Positions 12,845-26,060 of a stretch of 64,000 nucleotides of DNA are shown here, in pieces. The notes below the pieces were generated by a model that was not told the origin of the DNA, made no database searches, and worked only from the letters and a program-made list of their open reading frames with translations. The position numbers were made by a program, and so were the translations under genes. Source of the DNA: Phoronis australis (Eukaryota; Animalia; Phoronida); contig NMRA01000310.1 in assembly GCA_002633005.1 (NCBI GenBank), positions 128,624 through 192,623 on the forward strand. The letters are read 5' to 3'. Position 1 is the stretch's first letter. Each line of letters opens with the position of its first letter.

Positions 12845-14723
12845 AAATCAAATACAAAGAAAAGCGCAAAAGAGTCACTCTATTACACCTTGCAACAGAG
12901 GGCGCCCTGAACAATGACAGTTTTCTATTCCCCAAGCAAACACCCGTCACCACTCACTTTATATTACATTTTCATCTAACTACGATACTACGCCCAGGCT
13001 TACTTTTGATGTACCTGAATTGTGCCACATTCTGAATATACGTCACACCGTTGGGGGTAACTATAAGACATGTATTGCAGGGTACGTGATTTTATTTTCT
13101 TTGTTATTCATCGAAACTGTTCGACTGTTCATCAGAAACAAATCTTACGAGATCCAGCAAAAACTACTCGCAGCAACACAGACTAATTATGAGCCAAGGC
13201 CAGGGACACTTCATGATTCAGGGTCTTGTCATATTTTATTACCGAAGAGTTGTGCATTACACGATATACAATAGATGTCGCTGTGTGTGCACCCTGTACA
13301 AAAGATGTCGCTGCGTGTGCACCTTATGCGACAGATGATGGAGAAAAATCTCAATTTTAGTTACCTTGTATTTATCGACTTAACACCACATAAAACAACC
13401 CAGTCATTTCGAAATAGACTTACAATTATTCAGCTGACGTATTTAACTGACTTTCAATCGAAATGACTCAATGGTTGAAAGCATTGCGAGAGGAATTCCG
13501 TGATAAAACGCGGCAGTTATTTTTATAACAGCTATTGTTAACCATCATTTCCCCACAATAGATTTTATTCAATTTTGTGAACAAGCCATGAGGAAATGAC
13601 AGCTTCTGTCTTAATGGTGCAAAGTAATAACAGTCATTTACGTCCATCACAGAACAGTGTCACACAGTCACGCTAGTGTTGGCTTAGGTGGTAAATGAAA
13701 TAACACCAAGGTGCGGACTATCCGTGTGGAGAATTTCTCGCTTGTACTGGTGATTGCTCTGATTCCCTAAGCCTCAGACAACTTTTACGATGCCTATTCA
13801 GCACGCCCTTTGTATTGGCGTAGATCTGAACTAATGAAGTGGAAAAGTAATGGCTAGCATTACTGTCTCAACAATGGTTGCTGTTAGAGCCCCCATTTTG
13901 GTTTTCTCTGACATTTGCAGAGTTATAGCCTGCAACTCTGGAGAGTAGTTTTAACTTGGAACATTATAAATATTACAAAATTACTAAAAAGGTTAACTTG
14001 TATTTTTCTTCACAAAGGGCCACTTCCCAAAGGAACGATAAGTTTGATATTGGTTTTCTTTATCTAAGTTTTGAACTTGAAGTACCAAAACAGTGGTAGA
14101 TTTTGATCGCCAGCTAAACTTAATTAGTTAAGTTCATTGTGAGCGCATCCCTAAACTTACCACATTACAGGTACACTAAACATTTTACGTGTCATTAAAC
14201 TTTAATCTTTATTAGAACTACAATCATAAAGTGCAAATATGGTGATAACCAAACTGAAGATTTGGAATCTCTAGACATTTTTGGTGGCACTGACTTTTTA
14301 ACTATTCTTGCTCCTTGTCAGTAATAAAAATGAAAAGTGGGCACAACAACTGTTTCCTGGTCAAAAATCTGGTTAAACGATATTGAAAGAATCTTAAAAA
14401 ATGAATCCATATGATATTGTTAACTTTGTATATCCACCGAGTATATCAATACGCGCAGTAGTTTATCTTCAATCGTACCCAATGGTTGTAGTTTTTAGAT
14501 TATTAGTTCATCGATTTTTAAAAATCGAAAACCGTACTTGGTTGTTTTTTCCAGCTGAATACCGCCGTGGTGTTCGTTTATAACGAAAATTAGTCAATGG
14601 GTTAATGCATTTTGAAACTTCGCCATTATGTGCAGTCAGAGATGTTTAGTACAGTTTATGTTCGGATAATTACACTTAATTGGGTCTTGCTCGCATCGGG
14701 CAATGCGGTCATCACAATTGTAC

Positions 14724-14820
14724 CTGATTCCGGCATAGCGCTCTCTTTGTTCCTGGTACAAGCCGCTCGGAAGGACGAGCGGTGAAAATTCCTGCATATC
14801 TTTAGAAAAGCGTGACTTCC
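14724..14820 (-). CDS. Candidate exon (KSRFSKDMQEFSPLVLPSGLYQEQRERYAGI)
   Basis: cttacag| acceptor, CAG|gtacaa donor, 97 nt open (phase 1 in, phase 2 out), internal ATG. Confidence 0.3.
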
Positions 14821-15689
14821 CTGTAAGCGTATTATTCACGGTATGCTTAGCTTAGAAATCCACGTCAGCTTTATAGCTTTGCTGAGGTTCGAAGTGTGCG
14901 TTTTAGCAGCTTTCTCATAGTATACTTATGATATAATCCTTGATTGTGTTAGGGTAAGTCAATTCCTACGCGGCTTATTTCAGTAGGTATTTTCGCGAGA
15001 TGAATTTTGCGTATGACTAGCCTACTCGAAACAAAACCCGACATGGCGGCAAAGATACATCGGGATCAAGTGACGCCACTCGTGTACCTGACAAGGTGTT
15101 CAGTGTAATGGCTACACTGAGACTCAACTAATGATACATCATTTCTAACGCAGGTTATGGAAAAATGAGTAATAGTCGACTTCAAACTAAATTCACAAGC
15201 ATTTCTTCCTTGTGCGGGTACATTGTAGAGTGGATGGTTTAGCACCTTCCAAGTATGTCTGCAGCTACGTGGTTAAACGTAAGTTCGACAATTGTTTAAT
15301 TTTAATATATGAAATTGCGTTAGGTTTTAGAAGTGAGCAAAACTAAAAACCATGGTGACGTAAAATAGAATATTTAGTTAAGGCAACAAGGACTGGAGTT
15401 AATCAATAACGTCAGTTAGTCATCTTGTCACTTTTCGCCAGTGTTACTCAGCATTGGTGGAATATGAACATATAGAAAACAAGCCGTGCTTGTACCTGGA
15501 CCCTTTCGACATGTAGGCCTATCCCCGGAAACCTTCTACATTGCTTAAACTCATCCCGTATTGAAACTGGACGGCGCCAATCTCCTCTCTTAAAGTGAAT
15601 TTTAAGAAGACGCTAGAAAGTGTTTGAAAGTCCGCTAGCATTGAAAGAAAGGTTTGTAAAGGAAGATGGAAACCAACTGAGCAATGCAA

Positions 15690-15820
15690 CTAGGCTTTCC
15701 TGCACACGCGCGGCTGCGGCCCGCCCGCGTACAAAGATCCTCTCTCTCGCACAGTATTTCCCTCTCACAGACTTTCGGCTTCTCAATGGCATTTTCTTGC
15801 TCAACCCTGCTCCTGTACAT
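15690..15820 (-). mobile_element. Helitron-like 3' end (GC hairpin plus CTAG|T); diverged inverted homologue at 16440-16567
   Basis: Minus strand gagagaggatctttgtacgcgggcgggccgcagccgcgcgtgtgcaggaaagcCTAGt aligns with plus-strand gagggaagaattttgtacgtaggcaggcccgagccgcccgctggcaggaagtctaagt. Confidence 0.45.
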
Positions 15821-18324
15821 TGTATCTTAAATTGCCCAAGAAAGTTACTCTATACCATCACAAGCCATTCCCTTCTCGGACCTTATTGCACTGCATAGTC
15901 TGATAGGAAATCCCTGCGCACAAACCAACTATGAGGCTCAAAGCTTGTTCGTTTTAAACAGAATCACCGCCTTTAATCTATAAAAATGAAATTAAGAAAC
16001 CGACAAATCAAATATCCAAATGATACAGTGAATGCTACTGAAGATATTCCAATTATCATACATTATGTTTTTCGTAATAAACATTAAAAAAGTAACATTG
16101 CGCTCAAAATACTATGCCGAGATCCCGTAAACACGAGCATTGATAAAGTATCGATGGATTTTCAATGAAATTTGATAAATTGGATAACATTCACAATATG
16201 CATTGCGAAAAAGACAGCTTATTGCAAGGGGTCGGATCAAGGGTATTTTTAAGAAGGGGGTCCAAGTCAACAATTTGAAAATTCTAGGTTTTATATCTGA
16301 AATCAAGTGAAAAGGGGGTTCGGATCCCCTTGACCCCCTTGGATCAGCCTATGGCTTAGCGAGGACTTAGCATCTTATACATAGAATGTTTTGTGCTGGA
16401 GCAGCCTGGGCTGTTCTGTGCGCGAGCAAAGAAATATGTCCGTTAGACTCGAGAAAGAATGCGCAGCAGGAGGGAATATTCGACCGTGAAAAGGAAATAG
16501 CGAGTGTGAGAGGGAAGAATTTTGTACGTAGGCAGGCCCGAGCCGCCCGCTGGCAGGAAGTCTAAGTGTCTTGTACAATAGAATACGGGCGTGCGTTCAA
16601 TAGACGCTAGGACCTACGCTATGACCTACGCTAGGACCTAGCTAAAACCTAGTCAAAGTCATGTGTTCTCATTTAAAATGCACGGCAATATCTCACGTAA
16701 TCTCGCGAAGTCTTGCTTTTTAGCGAGGTCCTAGCGTTACTGAACGGGAGGCGGATCTTACTGACAAGCCTGAGTGTTTTTTTGTCATATATCTACAAAG
16801 CTATAAATTTCAACTCGGCGAAAGTATACATTTTCTGAAAGTAGAGAGCCTGTAGAGTTTGATATTTGACTTTTTACCAACCTGTCGTTGATTGCCGGGG
16901 TCACCTGGTCACGTCTTTTCAGTAAAAGTTTAGCAAAAACAAAAGCACATTGATAGCGAAACAGCGGTGTCAATAACGCGACCAAATTTCATTTGATATA
17001 AATGTTCAAGGTGAGATCTCAAAAACATTTTTAGGGTCCTTCATAACTTTAATGGAATTTACACGTCAGTATATTCTCATACTGTGGTTTGTTCATCTTC
17101 CTATGACACTTTAAACGAAAACAATACATAAGTTGCCATCTAAAGTATAATATCAGGTGGTCATTGTTCAAATATAAGCGCAATTCCCTCAAAAAGACTC
17201 CCTCGAACGAGCCCCGATGACTTAGACGGGCGCAAAGTGCGCAGTACAAACGGGTTGATTAGATCTTCTCAATGCCCACTAGCTAATATAAAACGAATAA
17301 TATACCTAGCTAGCGCGTTCCCATGGTTAAAACTTGCTTTAGTCTTTATTCTTTGTAAGGTCTACGTGAAAACCTTGCACCAATGTAATATTAGTCCCAG
17401 ATGAAAACATCAGTAGTGAATTTTGAAATTGTGGACTACTTTACGTCACTAGATTTCTGGAAGATTCCGCGTGGTATTTAAGCACATGATTTGGGCTTTC
17501 AAGTTTAAATTCTGGAGTTGACAGTTCTCTCACAGTATTCTTGCTACACCAATCTGCTAGATTCCTCACACAATTGCTTTTAGGTCAACTATTTTTTCAA
17601 GTATGCAACTGCGGATGACAAGTGTCACTTAAAGTCCTATTCAGAGATAACTATGTTTAATTAACTTCCGTCAATTATGTATCTGAGAAATTCAAACTGA
17701 CGAATAAATTCAATCCAGCCCGTGCATGGTTAAATATTATAAAATAAGGAACTGACAGAACTCGCTGTATTAAAAACTATGAAAAATTTCCGTATCAACG
17801 CAGTGTCGTTGAATTACTGTATACGGTCAGCTCTCAACACTAAACTCGCAAAATAATCTGGCCTTAATAAATAAAACGTTCTAATTCCTCGCTGTAGCTG
17901 TCTGATAGCACGTCTCTTGTGATTACTGTGATCGATTTCTGTAGACCAGCGCTACTGCTAATCAAATGTATGACATCCCAGACAAATAAATAACAAAGCA
18001 ATGAATTCAACGTTACACTTGTTGCGCCGGATAAGGAAACAAAGTTCTTCGATTTTCAGCCTAAAGTTCAACATTCGCTCGATTTTTTCTTCCTTTGAGG
18101 GAATTGCAATTAAAGCATTAACCACTTTTCGAAGCTGTGTCGTGCAGGAAGTTGTCAAAAGACCCGCGATAGCGCTCGTATTGTATTTTTAGTTTTTATG
18201 GATTGCAAGAGACGTTCGACTTATTTCCGCTTAGTATCCACGTCGCGACTGGCGCATTGATTCAGTTTTGACCCCCGCTTTTACCACGCAGCCTCAGTAT
18301 TTACACCTCGTAAAATTTTTTTGT

Positions 18325-18545
18325 AACCTTTTTCCAACCATTTATTTAAAACGAGTGACGCCAGTCGATTGTTGGCGACTAAAAGAAGTACGAAGTACCA
18401 AAGAAGATTTGCACTATGTCTAAATGCTTTGTCAGACACTGTACAAATTCACTTGTACCCTTTTCAACCAATTCTTTAAAATGAGTGACTATGTTGATCA
18501 TAGGCGACTACAAGAAGCACGAGGCACCAAAAATGCTTTGTTACA
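18325..18545 (+). repeat. Diverged tandem duplication (period ~132 bp)
   Basis: ttttccaacca...ttaaaa.gagtgac...ggcgacta.aagaag.acga..caccaaa occurs at about 18330 and again at about 18460. Confidence 0.7.
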
Positions 18546-18909
18546 GGCTGCGTTTGCCTAACTCAACCCAAAACTAATTGGATGTTCAAAATCGTTAACT
18601 CCAAAAATAAAATAAAACCAAGAAGACATCAACCAATGCCGGCATCAGTAAGCCTCGTCCGTCATTATTGACAAATACGCGCGCAGTAATAACGCGAAAC
18701 GGAATAACGCCTCCTTGAACGTTTAACTGAACGAAGTAGAACAAACTCTCGTTCGAGAACCTAATTATGCAGTCTGGTAATGGCCTGAAAAACGTTGCCG
18801 AATTTTGAGAACCAGTTTTCTCCACTGAATAATGGGCATCAAACTGGTTCTAAAAATACGGGCACGTTATATCCGACTTTTGCCCACTCAGCGTATCTAA
18901 AACAATTAC

Positions 18910-19486
18910 CTTGACCCATGTCCTACTTTTCGCCCTGTCTTACTCTCTGTCTCGGCTTGATCCTGAAATGTGCAATACGTGGACACGACTCCGTCTTTAT
19001 ACGAACATTTAAGTTCGGCTTTCTCACCACTTTTCCTACTTGTGCTCCCCACTTTTCGAGTGTGCGCACTCTTCAGTAGACATCCAACGGCAGGGACTAC
19101 TTTATCATTTTCATTAGAAGTCACGCTGCCGCTGACGCTTGCTCCGGACTTTCCACTGCCCCAAGGAATGTCTGATCGGCTCCTGTGACGTTTGTCGAGG
19201 AGAGTTGTAGTGGCGGTAGGTTGGTGTTTACAGGACGATGGTTGCCGTTGTGTTCTGGGACAGCCATGGGGATTGTCGACATGTCTATCCTGCTTAGTGT
19301 AGTCCCCAACTTCACTCGTACCGGACGATCTTCGTCTTGATTCTGCAAAAACCTCTAGAAGAGTGCTCTCAACCAAGTTCATAGTCTCTTGCTTCGGAAG
19401 CCGGTTTCGCTTTCTAACGTGCGGTAGGAGTCGCTTTTTTAAACTACGTGTCTGATCCATTTTCAGTAACTTGCAACTGTACAACC
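18910..19486 (-). CDS. Probable large coding exon (MDQTRSLKKRLLPHV...ESRRRSSGTSE...KVGHGS), predicted disordered N-terminal region
   Basis: Longest ORF in the window (192 codons) with no transposon motif I recognise. Acceptor aacgtag|GG at 19486, in-frame ATG at 19460, donor TCAAG|gtaatt (phase 2). Confidence 0.65.
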
Positions 19487-19649
19487 CTACGTTAACTACA
19501 AACTCTCCTCAACAAATGAATGTCCCCAACGCACTGAAAAAGCTCTGAGTATTGACTTTAGTGACTTAAATGGGTTGATTAACAAAGTCCTATTGATAGA
19601 GACGGCTCATCCTTGTCCCGCTGATGCAAATCCACCGTAATGAGAATCG

Positions 19650-20105
19650 ATACTAGCAGTGACGACGTGCATGTATGTCACGCCTAGTGACGATGTACTC
19701 CAGGTCTGTTGACGATTTACTACGACCTTCGTGGTAACGACGCACGTCATGCTTAGTGACAATGTACCTTGTGTTACAATGATAATGTACTTCGGGCCTG
19801 GTGGTAATGTAGTTTACGCCATACCTAGTGACTTTGTACGTCATGGTGCTTAGTGACGATGTACGTAAAGCCTGGCGACGATGCAAGCCAGACCAGGTTA
19901 CGACTGGCTACACCTTGCTACGAGCACGCCAGACCTTAGTGGCTATGTATGACAAACATGGTAACGATATGCACCCGACATGGTGACTTTGTACGTCACG
20001 CCTAGTGACGATGAACACCAGACCTAATGACTATGCTCGACCCCGACCAGGCCAGGTGACGATCTGTCATACTAGGTGCCGATATGTGATCTGGTATGGA
20101 TGTAG
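19650..20105 (+). repeat. Degenerate minisatellite, unit ~21-22 bp (CCTAGTGACGATGTACGTCAYG)
   Basis: Roughly 20 diverged units, e.g. 19683 cctagtgacgatgtac, 19824 cctagtgactttgtacgtcatg, 20001 cctagtgacgatgaac. Confidence 0.85.
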
Positions 20106-23100
20106 GCATTTGCATATACTAAGCTGTGAATGTGCAATGTCTGGTAAAAATAATGTAAACGTCAAACATACGACAGACTGCCCGAGTTGACGAGTTCTCT
20201 TGAAATCATGGAAGCTAAACTTTGCAAAAGAGACTGCGCTTCACTGGTACTTAACTAATTAATTTACTATCATTTTGGCACATCACTCTATGCGGCTCTC
20301 CAACTAACTAGTACTCCGTATATGTAGGCGCTAGCGAAACAGAAATTGCCACTATCTGAAAGAAGTGGCATAATGCAAAACGTGCACTGTCTCCATGTAA
20401 AGCAAATAAATAGGCTTACATCAATACAGAAACACATTCGTGGATTATCAGTGCAATTTACTGCTTTGCACTATTTTGGCTGAAAATTTCACTTCCATAC
20501 GGCATTAAGTCCCACCAATTAGGAGAATATTTACGAATTTCATGGCATATCCACAGGAACATTTCTCCCGTCGAAAGCTCCACTCGTTAACATGACTGTA
20601 CTAAAGATATTCGCATACTTAGCATAAGCTCACCAGTAAAAATCCGAATACAAGTAAATATTAAGAGTGGTCCCAAGCAAAGTGACGCACGGTTTAAATC
20701 ATTCATCAGGTGTTGCGGTCCTCACAACGATTTCACTTTAGCAACGCACAAAATGTCTAAGAATATACCACAGATTATTAACCACTTGAATACTTTGCAT
20801 TAATACTTTTTCTAAACTGTAATGTTCCTAAATCTGCGTTGGCAAAAATCATGTACTAGCTGCGAAATGGTAGCGTAAGATACAATTTCAGAGTTAAGTA
20901 TCAAGCCGCTTTTCCGGAAGCGGGGCCCAGAGTTCCGTAACGCTATGGCCTACCCTAGGACCTCGCTGAGATCTAGCCAAGATCACGTGTTCTCATTTAA
21001 AATACACGGCAATGTCTCGTGTAATCTCGGCAGCTACTTTTCAGTTGGTGCTATTGGTTTAGTATTATATGTGACATTAGGAAGGCAAACTATTATCGAC
21101 AGTAACAAGGCGTTGTTGATAACCGCAATCGTTTAATTGACTCCAAGCTGTTGTACTTGTTAGTCACGTGAAACTAGCGGTTGCTGCCAGGAGTCTCCGT
21201 CTCTGTTTTATTCAATACAGTGATGTACTAAGTCGGTGTTGTTTAACCCTCGGTGTGGCACAGCATATATGTACATGGATAGGGGTGTTGCTGGGTGTTT
21301 AGTTATTTCCATGTTTATACCAGTTAAAAATAAAAATGCTACCATATTCATAACCGTTAAATATGAAACCTTTGACAAAAGTTTCAAGCGTATACTTAAA
21401 ATGTGCATAAAAGATGTGGCAATAGGCGGAGAACCAGTTTTCTCCACTGAATAACGGACACCAACAAGTTCTCAAAATGTGGGTACATTGTATCCGACTA
21501 TTGCCTAAGATGTATCACACCAATGTCTACCTTAAAAATGTGACTTATCTACGATCTTTATACCTCGCCACATATGTGCGTGATTAATCACCCCTAAAGA
21601 GTCCCCTGTCGACCGATTTTGATACCAAAAATATGAAAAAAAAACATGAAAGTGTGTACCGTTCTAGCGTTATTCAGCAGTACTTAGCTTACACGACTCT
21701 GTGCTAGCGGGTGTCAAACCATGTCTGTATAGAGAACGCAAACGATCTATTTGAGCTGTGAGCGTACAATCCGAAAAGAAAGTTTAACGAGATGGCAAAA
21801 ATCACATCATAAATACACTAAATAAGATTTTAACCTGTAAACAGATGTTAATTACGGTTTGATCACTTGGAACAAAATGACACAATGCAATCTTCATCAA
21901 CCCTCAAAAATCTGAAACAAGTTTGAAAACACACTGTAATGTATTAACCCTTTGTGCAAGTTAATCGATTGCTTTGCGAAAAGAGAAAGACCGATTACAT
22001 CGAACCAGATAATTTGACTTCAGTTTGTTACGCAACGAGGAACTAATTAGCTGCGATGACTTCCGTTTATCGCAAGGTATTAGCTTGCTCTTGCAGCAAA
22101 ACATCTTTTCCGCTTATAGAACGGAAACAGTCAATTCATTCCCACAATTCACGATTTCTATCCCATAATTCAACATTCTAACCATACCGACCACTTACAG
22201 CTGCCGTCATTGTGTTAGGGTGTACCAGTAAGCTCCAGAGCATATTCGCGAAACACTCACCTTTCAATGCGTGATTTTGCGAGATCTTGCTTTTCTAGCG
22301 GGAAACGTGTTACGCCCTCCTGAATAATACATTCTGTTAGGCACAAATAACGTAACAGCAGGAATTTGGGCGAAATTACCAAAACAGGATTTAGTGTCCG
22401 TTTAACACACAACTTGCAACATGACGCAACCCAGTACCTTTGTAAAAAATTTTTGGTGTCATTAATTTCTCTTTCTAGACAAAATTCTTGTAAGACATGT
22501 ATCTAGCGTAAAAATTTTAATGGTATTGTCGTCTAGGCGATGTACGTTGTACGCTCACTTGACCAGGATAAAGACGCAATTTCCGATGAGACTAGACGAA
22601 CCATTGATGAGTTTTACTATGCTCATTAAAAAAGATCTTCGAACTTAAGTCTTGTATTTTCTGTGCGATTGTCAAATACGATTGCCGTATAAAACGTTTT
22701 TATGTCAAAAAGTAAATCGGAGCACCTGTCCGCACGTTCCGATTTGTCGTATACGAAGGTCGTATGCGACAGTTGTATACGACAACTGGATCTTTTAGTC
22801 ACAGCTCACATCCAGACCGTATTCTACAAATTAAATATGCAATCCTATTGTTTGATGACGTGTAAGCCTTCTCAGTTGAAAAGGTTTAAGTAAGCTTTTC
22901 AAGAAGAGAGACACGTCAGACACCCTAAATATTTTTATGATCTCACCTGTTTTACTCGTGGAGGAAATTTACAAACTTTCCATCTTTTTGTGCATACCTT
23001 TACTATTGACACTGCTGTTAAATAAAGAAATTGACTCAAAGCTAGAATATGATTGCGTGCATATGATTCAATTAAAGCGGCAAAGAACCCGAATTTCACC

Positions 23101-23822
23101 ACAAAAAGCCATCCAGACCACTTACTGTTACGAAATTAGAGTCAAATTGGACATGATCTCGCCGGGAGGTTCGAACGGACAGTACGAGTTGGCTTGCCAC
23201 TGCCTAACATTTTATGCACCGCATTTATATGGCCTCAACGAATAAAGAAGTGTTGGATCTTCAAAAAGCCCGACCTCGCATCACATCTGAGTGAGGACAA
23301 AGATGAGGCCCATTTTATGGCGGTAGGTGGCAGGTCTGAATAAACGGTTCTTAGACGCAATATGGCCGACCGTTCAGTAACGCTAGGACCTCGCTAAAAG
23401 GCAAGACTTTGCGAGATTACGCGAGATACTGCCGTGTATTTTAAATGAGAACACGTGATTTTGGCTAGGTTTTAGCGAGGTGCTAACGTAGGTCCTAGCA
23501 TTACAGAAGGGCTTTGTATTTTCCAACAAACGTTGTGTGCGAACCTGCAACTCGTTGAATGTCTACATATTTATCACACATCTTGCGAAACTGTTACCGC
23601 TATGGGGAACATTAACGGATGTTTTTATTTCTTTGCCTAAATATCTTTCTGTTTTGACATCTGTCTGTGACAACTTCTTATAAAATGAGGCTTTTTTGAC
23701 CTCATATCTGGAGGGTATTTTTGGTCAGGCTACTTTTTAAAGGGATATTTTCGACCTCAGTGCGGAACCGGACCTGCAACCACTGCAGTCGCAGCCTAAC
23801 GCTCTGCTGGCGCAGTCGAATG

Positions 23823-23904
23823 TCACTTCATAATGACAGGGTGGTTCAAACGTGGTTTTACTTTATTTGTGAAGTCGCCGGCCTTTGTTTCTCCAAATGT
23901 CGAG
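23823..23904 (-). CDS. Possible alternative terminal exon (STFGETKAGDFTNKVKPRLNHPVIMK*)
   Basis: Acceptor cattgtcag|C continues the phase-2 exit of the 24580 exon for 26 codons to TGA. The polypyrimidine tract is weak. Confidence 0.25.
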
Positions 23905-24391
23905 CTGACAATGGCGAGACTTGCCTATTTGTAACAGAATCACAAATCACAACGGATTCTGTAGTTATAAAGTTTTGAGTAAGACATATCTTTAAGAAAC
24001 ATATACCGTCCATGAATTGCTCCAAACATGCGTTTTTCAGTCGTAAAACCGATCATGTCCCTTCAATTAATCAAATCTTCACAGGTCCATTTCAGCTTAG
24101 GCTGATCACAGGCTGAAATACTCTTGAATATTTTACACATGTTTATGTTTTCCTTCTGATGCCCGGATGTTGCGCTTTCGGCTGTTGTGTATGTTATTCA
24201 ATTTGGCTTTTTCCATTAATAAGTAACATTTTCTTGTTCAAAGAAGGACCAATATGACGACTAGGTATCAGTAAATGCTGGATAATAACTGTTTGTTTTC
24301 AATCATTGGCAAATAAACATATCTCTAATTAAAGTATTATCTCTATGAACTCATTCGTAATCCTGAGATTTGGACGCAATCATTAAGCATT

Positions 24392-24545
24392 CAGTGGCGG
24401 ATTTAGAGGGGGCCAAGGGGGCCATGCCCCCCCTAAAATTCTCCCAGATTCCATTTGGCAATACGGGGGTGCGAATATCTGTCGGGCAAAATCCGGGCTA
24501 ATACTCTGCCATGGCCCCCAACTCAAAATCCTGGATCCGCCCCTG
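24392..24545. mobile_element. MITE family C (TIR CAGTGGCGGAT...ATCCGCCCCTG); related copies at 1530-1690, 46406-46562 and 12499 (partial)
   Basis: Shared internal ccctaaaattc...catttgg...gcgaat...gggcaaaatcc motif. Flanks gcatt/gaatt here and agtca/agtcc at 46406. Confidence 0.8.
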
Positions 24546-24579
24546 GAATTTTTTTTTATTGTTGATGAAATTCACTTAC

Positions 24580-24841
24580 CCTGGTACGTGACCCAAATTT
24601 TTAAGCTTGGTGTGAAGAAGTGCGCACGTGCGGTAATCAGATGTATCCACTGCGCGCCTGCGCGAAATGGCTGCAGGTCGATAACCGTCATCATCCTCTT
24701 CTTCAACCTGTTGCAGACTGTTTAGGAATGTGGACGTGGACTGACTAAGTCCCACTACCGAGGACCGTCGGCGCTGGCCTATGTGTCTGCTGCCAGTCGC
24801 GCCGATCATCCCGAAAGAGGCTGTGGATAGACGACTTGAGG
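24580..24841 (-). CDS. Probable internal coding exon (SSRLSTASFGMIGATGSRHIGQRRRSSVVGL...RRRAVDTSDYRTCALLHTKLKNLGHVPG)
   Basis: Acceptor ttcattgttttag|CC, strong donor CAGG|gtaagt, 262 nt open (phase 1 in, phase 2 out), GC-rich relative to its flanks. Confidence 0.7.
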
Positions 24842-24922
24842 CTAAAACAATGAAAGAGTAAGCCCCATCAAAACCTGTGTACTGTCATGTCGCTTTAAGA
24901 GCCTGGACCACATTTTTAAAGT

Positions 24923-26060
24923 GATATATATTTATTGAAGAATACACAAGACATACAAAGAAATGATGACAAACCCAAAAATCGCTTAGCATTATATCTG
25001 GGTTGTAAACAATTCATAAATGAAACTAATATACATAGAGGTATATACATTTAAGTAGTATCTAATATAAGTATCCCAATATTTAGATATGCTATTGCGA
25101 ATATATAAAATCAAAAACATGTACAAATTCATGTATGGAAATCAAAAGCAGCAATGCTGATAAACGGTACATAAAAATTTGCTAACGTTGCTGAGAACGA
25201 CGTCAAAGTTAGGACTACCATTCAATAATAATGTAGTAGGGATATTATTACAAGAATTTAGAACATTAACAATTGATTGGTTTTCATTGAGTGCACGAAA
25301 GAGTGAGTCTCTCAGGTATTCGATGAGGGGACATTTGAAGAAAATATGAGGATAAGATTGATGGTCACCACATTTACAGTTTGGAGAAACATTACTAAAG
25401 TTATGCCTAAACTTGTCAGAATTGAGGAAAAGAGCACATCTTGATATGTACAATGCTATTTCGTTATCGCAGGGAAGGGAGAATTGAGTTAAGGGTGCTG
25501 AGTTATCAAAATTGTGAAAAACAGTTCAAAAATAATTTCTTACACTCGTAAAAGAGTTGCTTTCCTTAACAGAGACTGGAAGAGAATTCCAATTTATTGT
25601 TGATGCACATCATGACTGTAGACCTTCTGAATGCCTGACTGAATGACGGAGGAATTGCATATGGGATGCAAGATCTCAAATTACTACGATGGCCTTGTCT
25701 GGTGTATAGATCAAATATTTTTTTGCCAGAGGCGTTGTTGACGTTGTTTATTACTTTGAAAGTAAAAGTGGTCATGTGAAGATTGCGTCGAGTAGACAGT
25801 TTGGGCCACTTGAGACTATTCAAAACCTTAACACTATTGGATCCTCTGTAAGCTCCGGTTATGAGTAAGGCGGATTGATACTGTAATTTCTCCAAATGTT
25901 GGAGTGCACCTGTATTGGCCGACTGATATATGATATCACAATAATCGATGTGTGGAAGTATAAATGATTTGAACAAAACTTCTAAATGTGTAGAATTCTG
26001 ATGACGAGAGACAAGATTAAGTGGTTTAATTAGTTCCTGAGTTTTTTGTACCACGTTGAA
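24923..26060 (-). mobile_element. 5'-truncated CR1/L2-group LINE (RT C-terminus, Cys/His motif and 3' UTR), frameshifted
   Basis: Translation gives LFKSFILPHIDYCDIIY...LEKLQYQSALLITGA...LKWPKLSTRR...FKVIN, then after a frameshift WNSLP...LNSDKFRHN...SPNCKCG...HIFFKCP. These are typical C-terminal motifs of CR1-group ORF2. AATAAA lies at 24936-24931. Confidence 0.9.

Noticed and set aside
19650-20105. CRISPR-like array
   Set aside because: The units are contiguous and degenerate with no unique spacers, there are no cas genes, and the context is eukaryotic.
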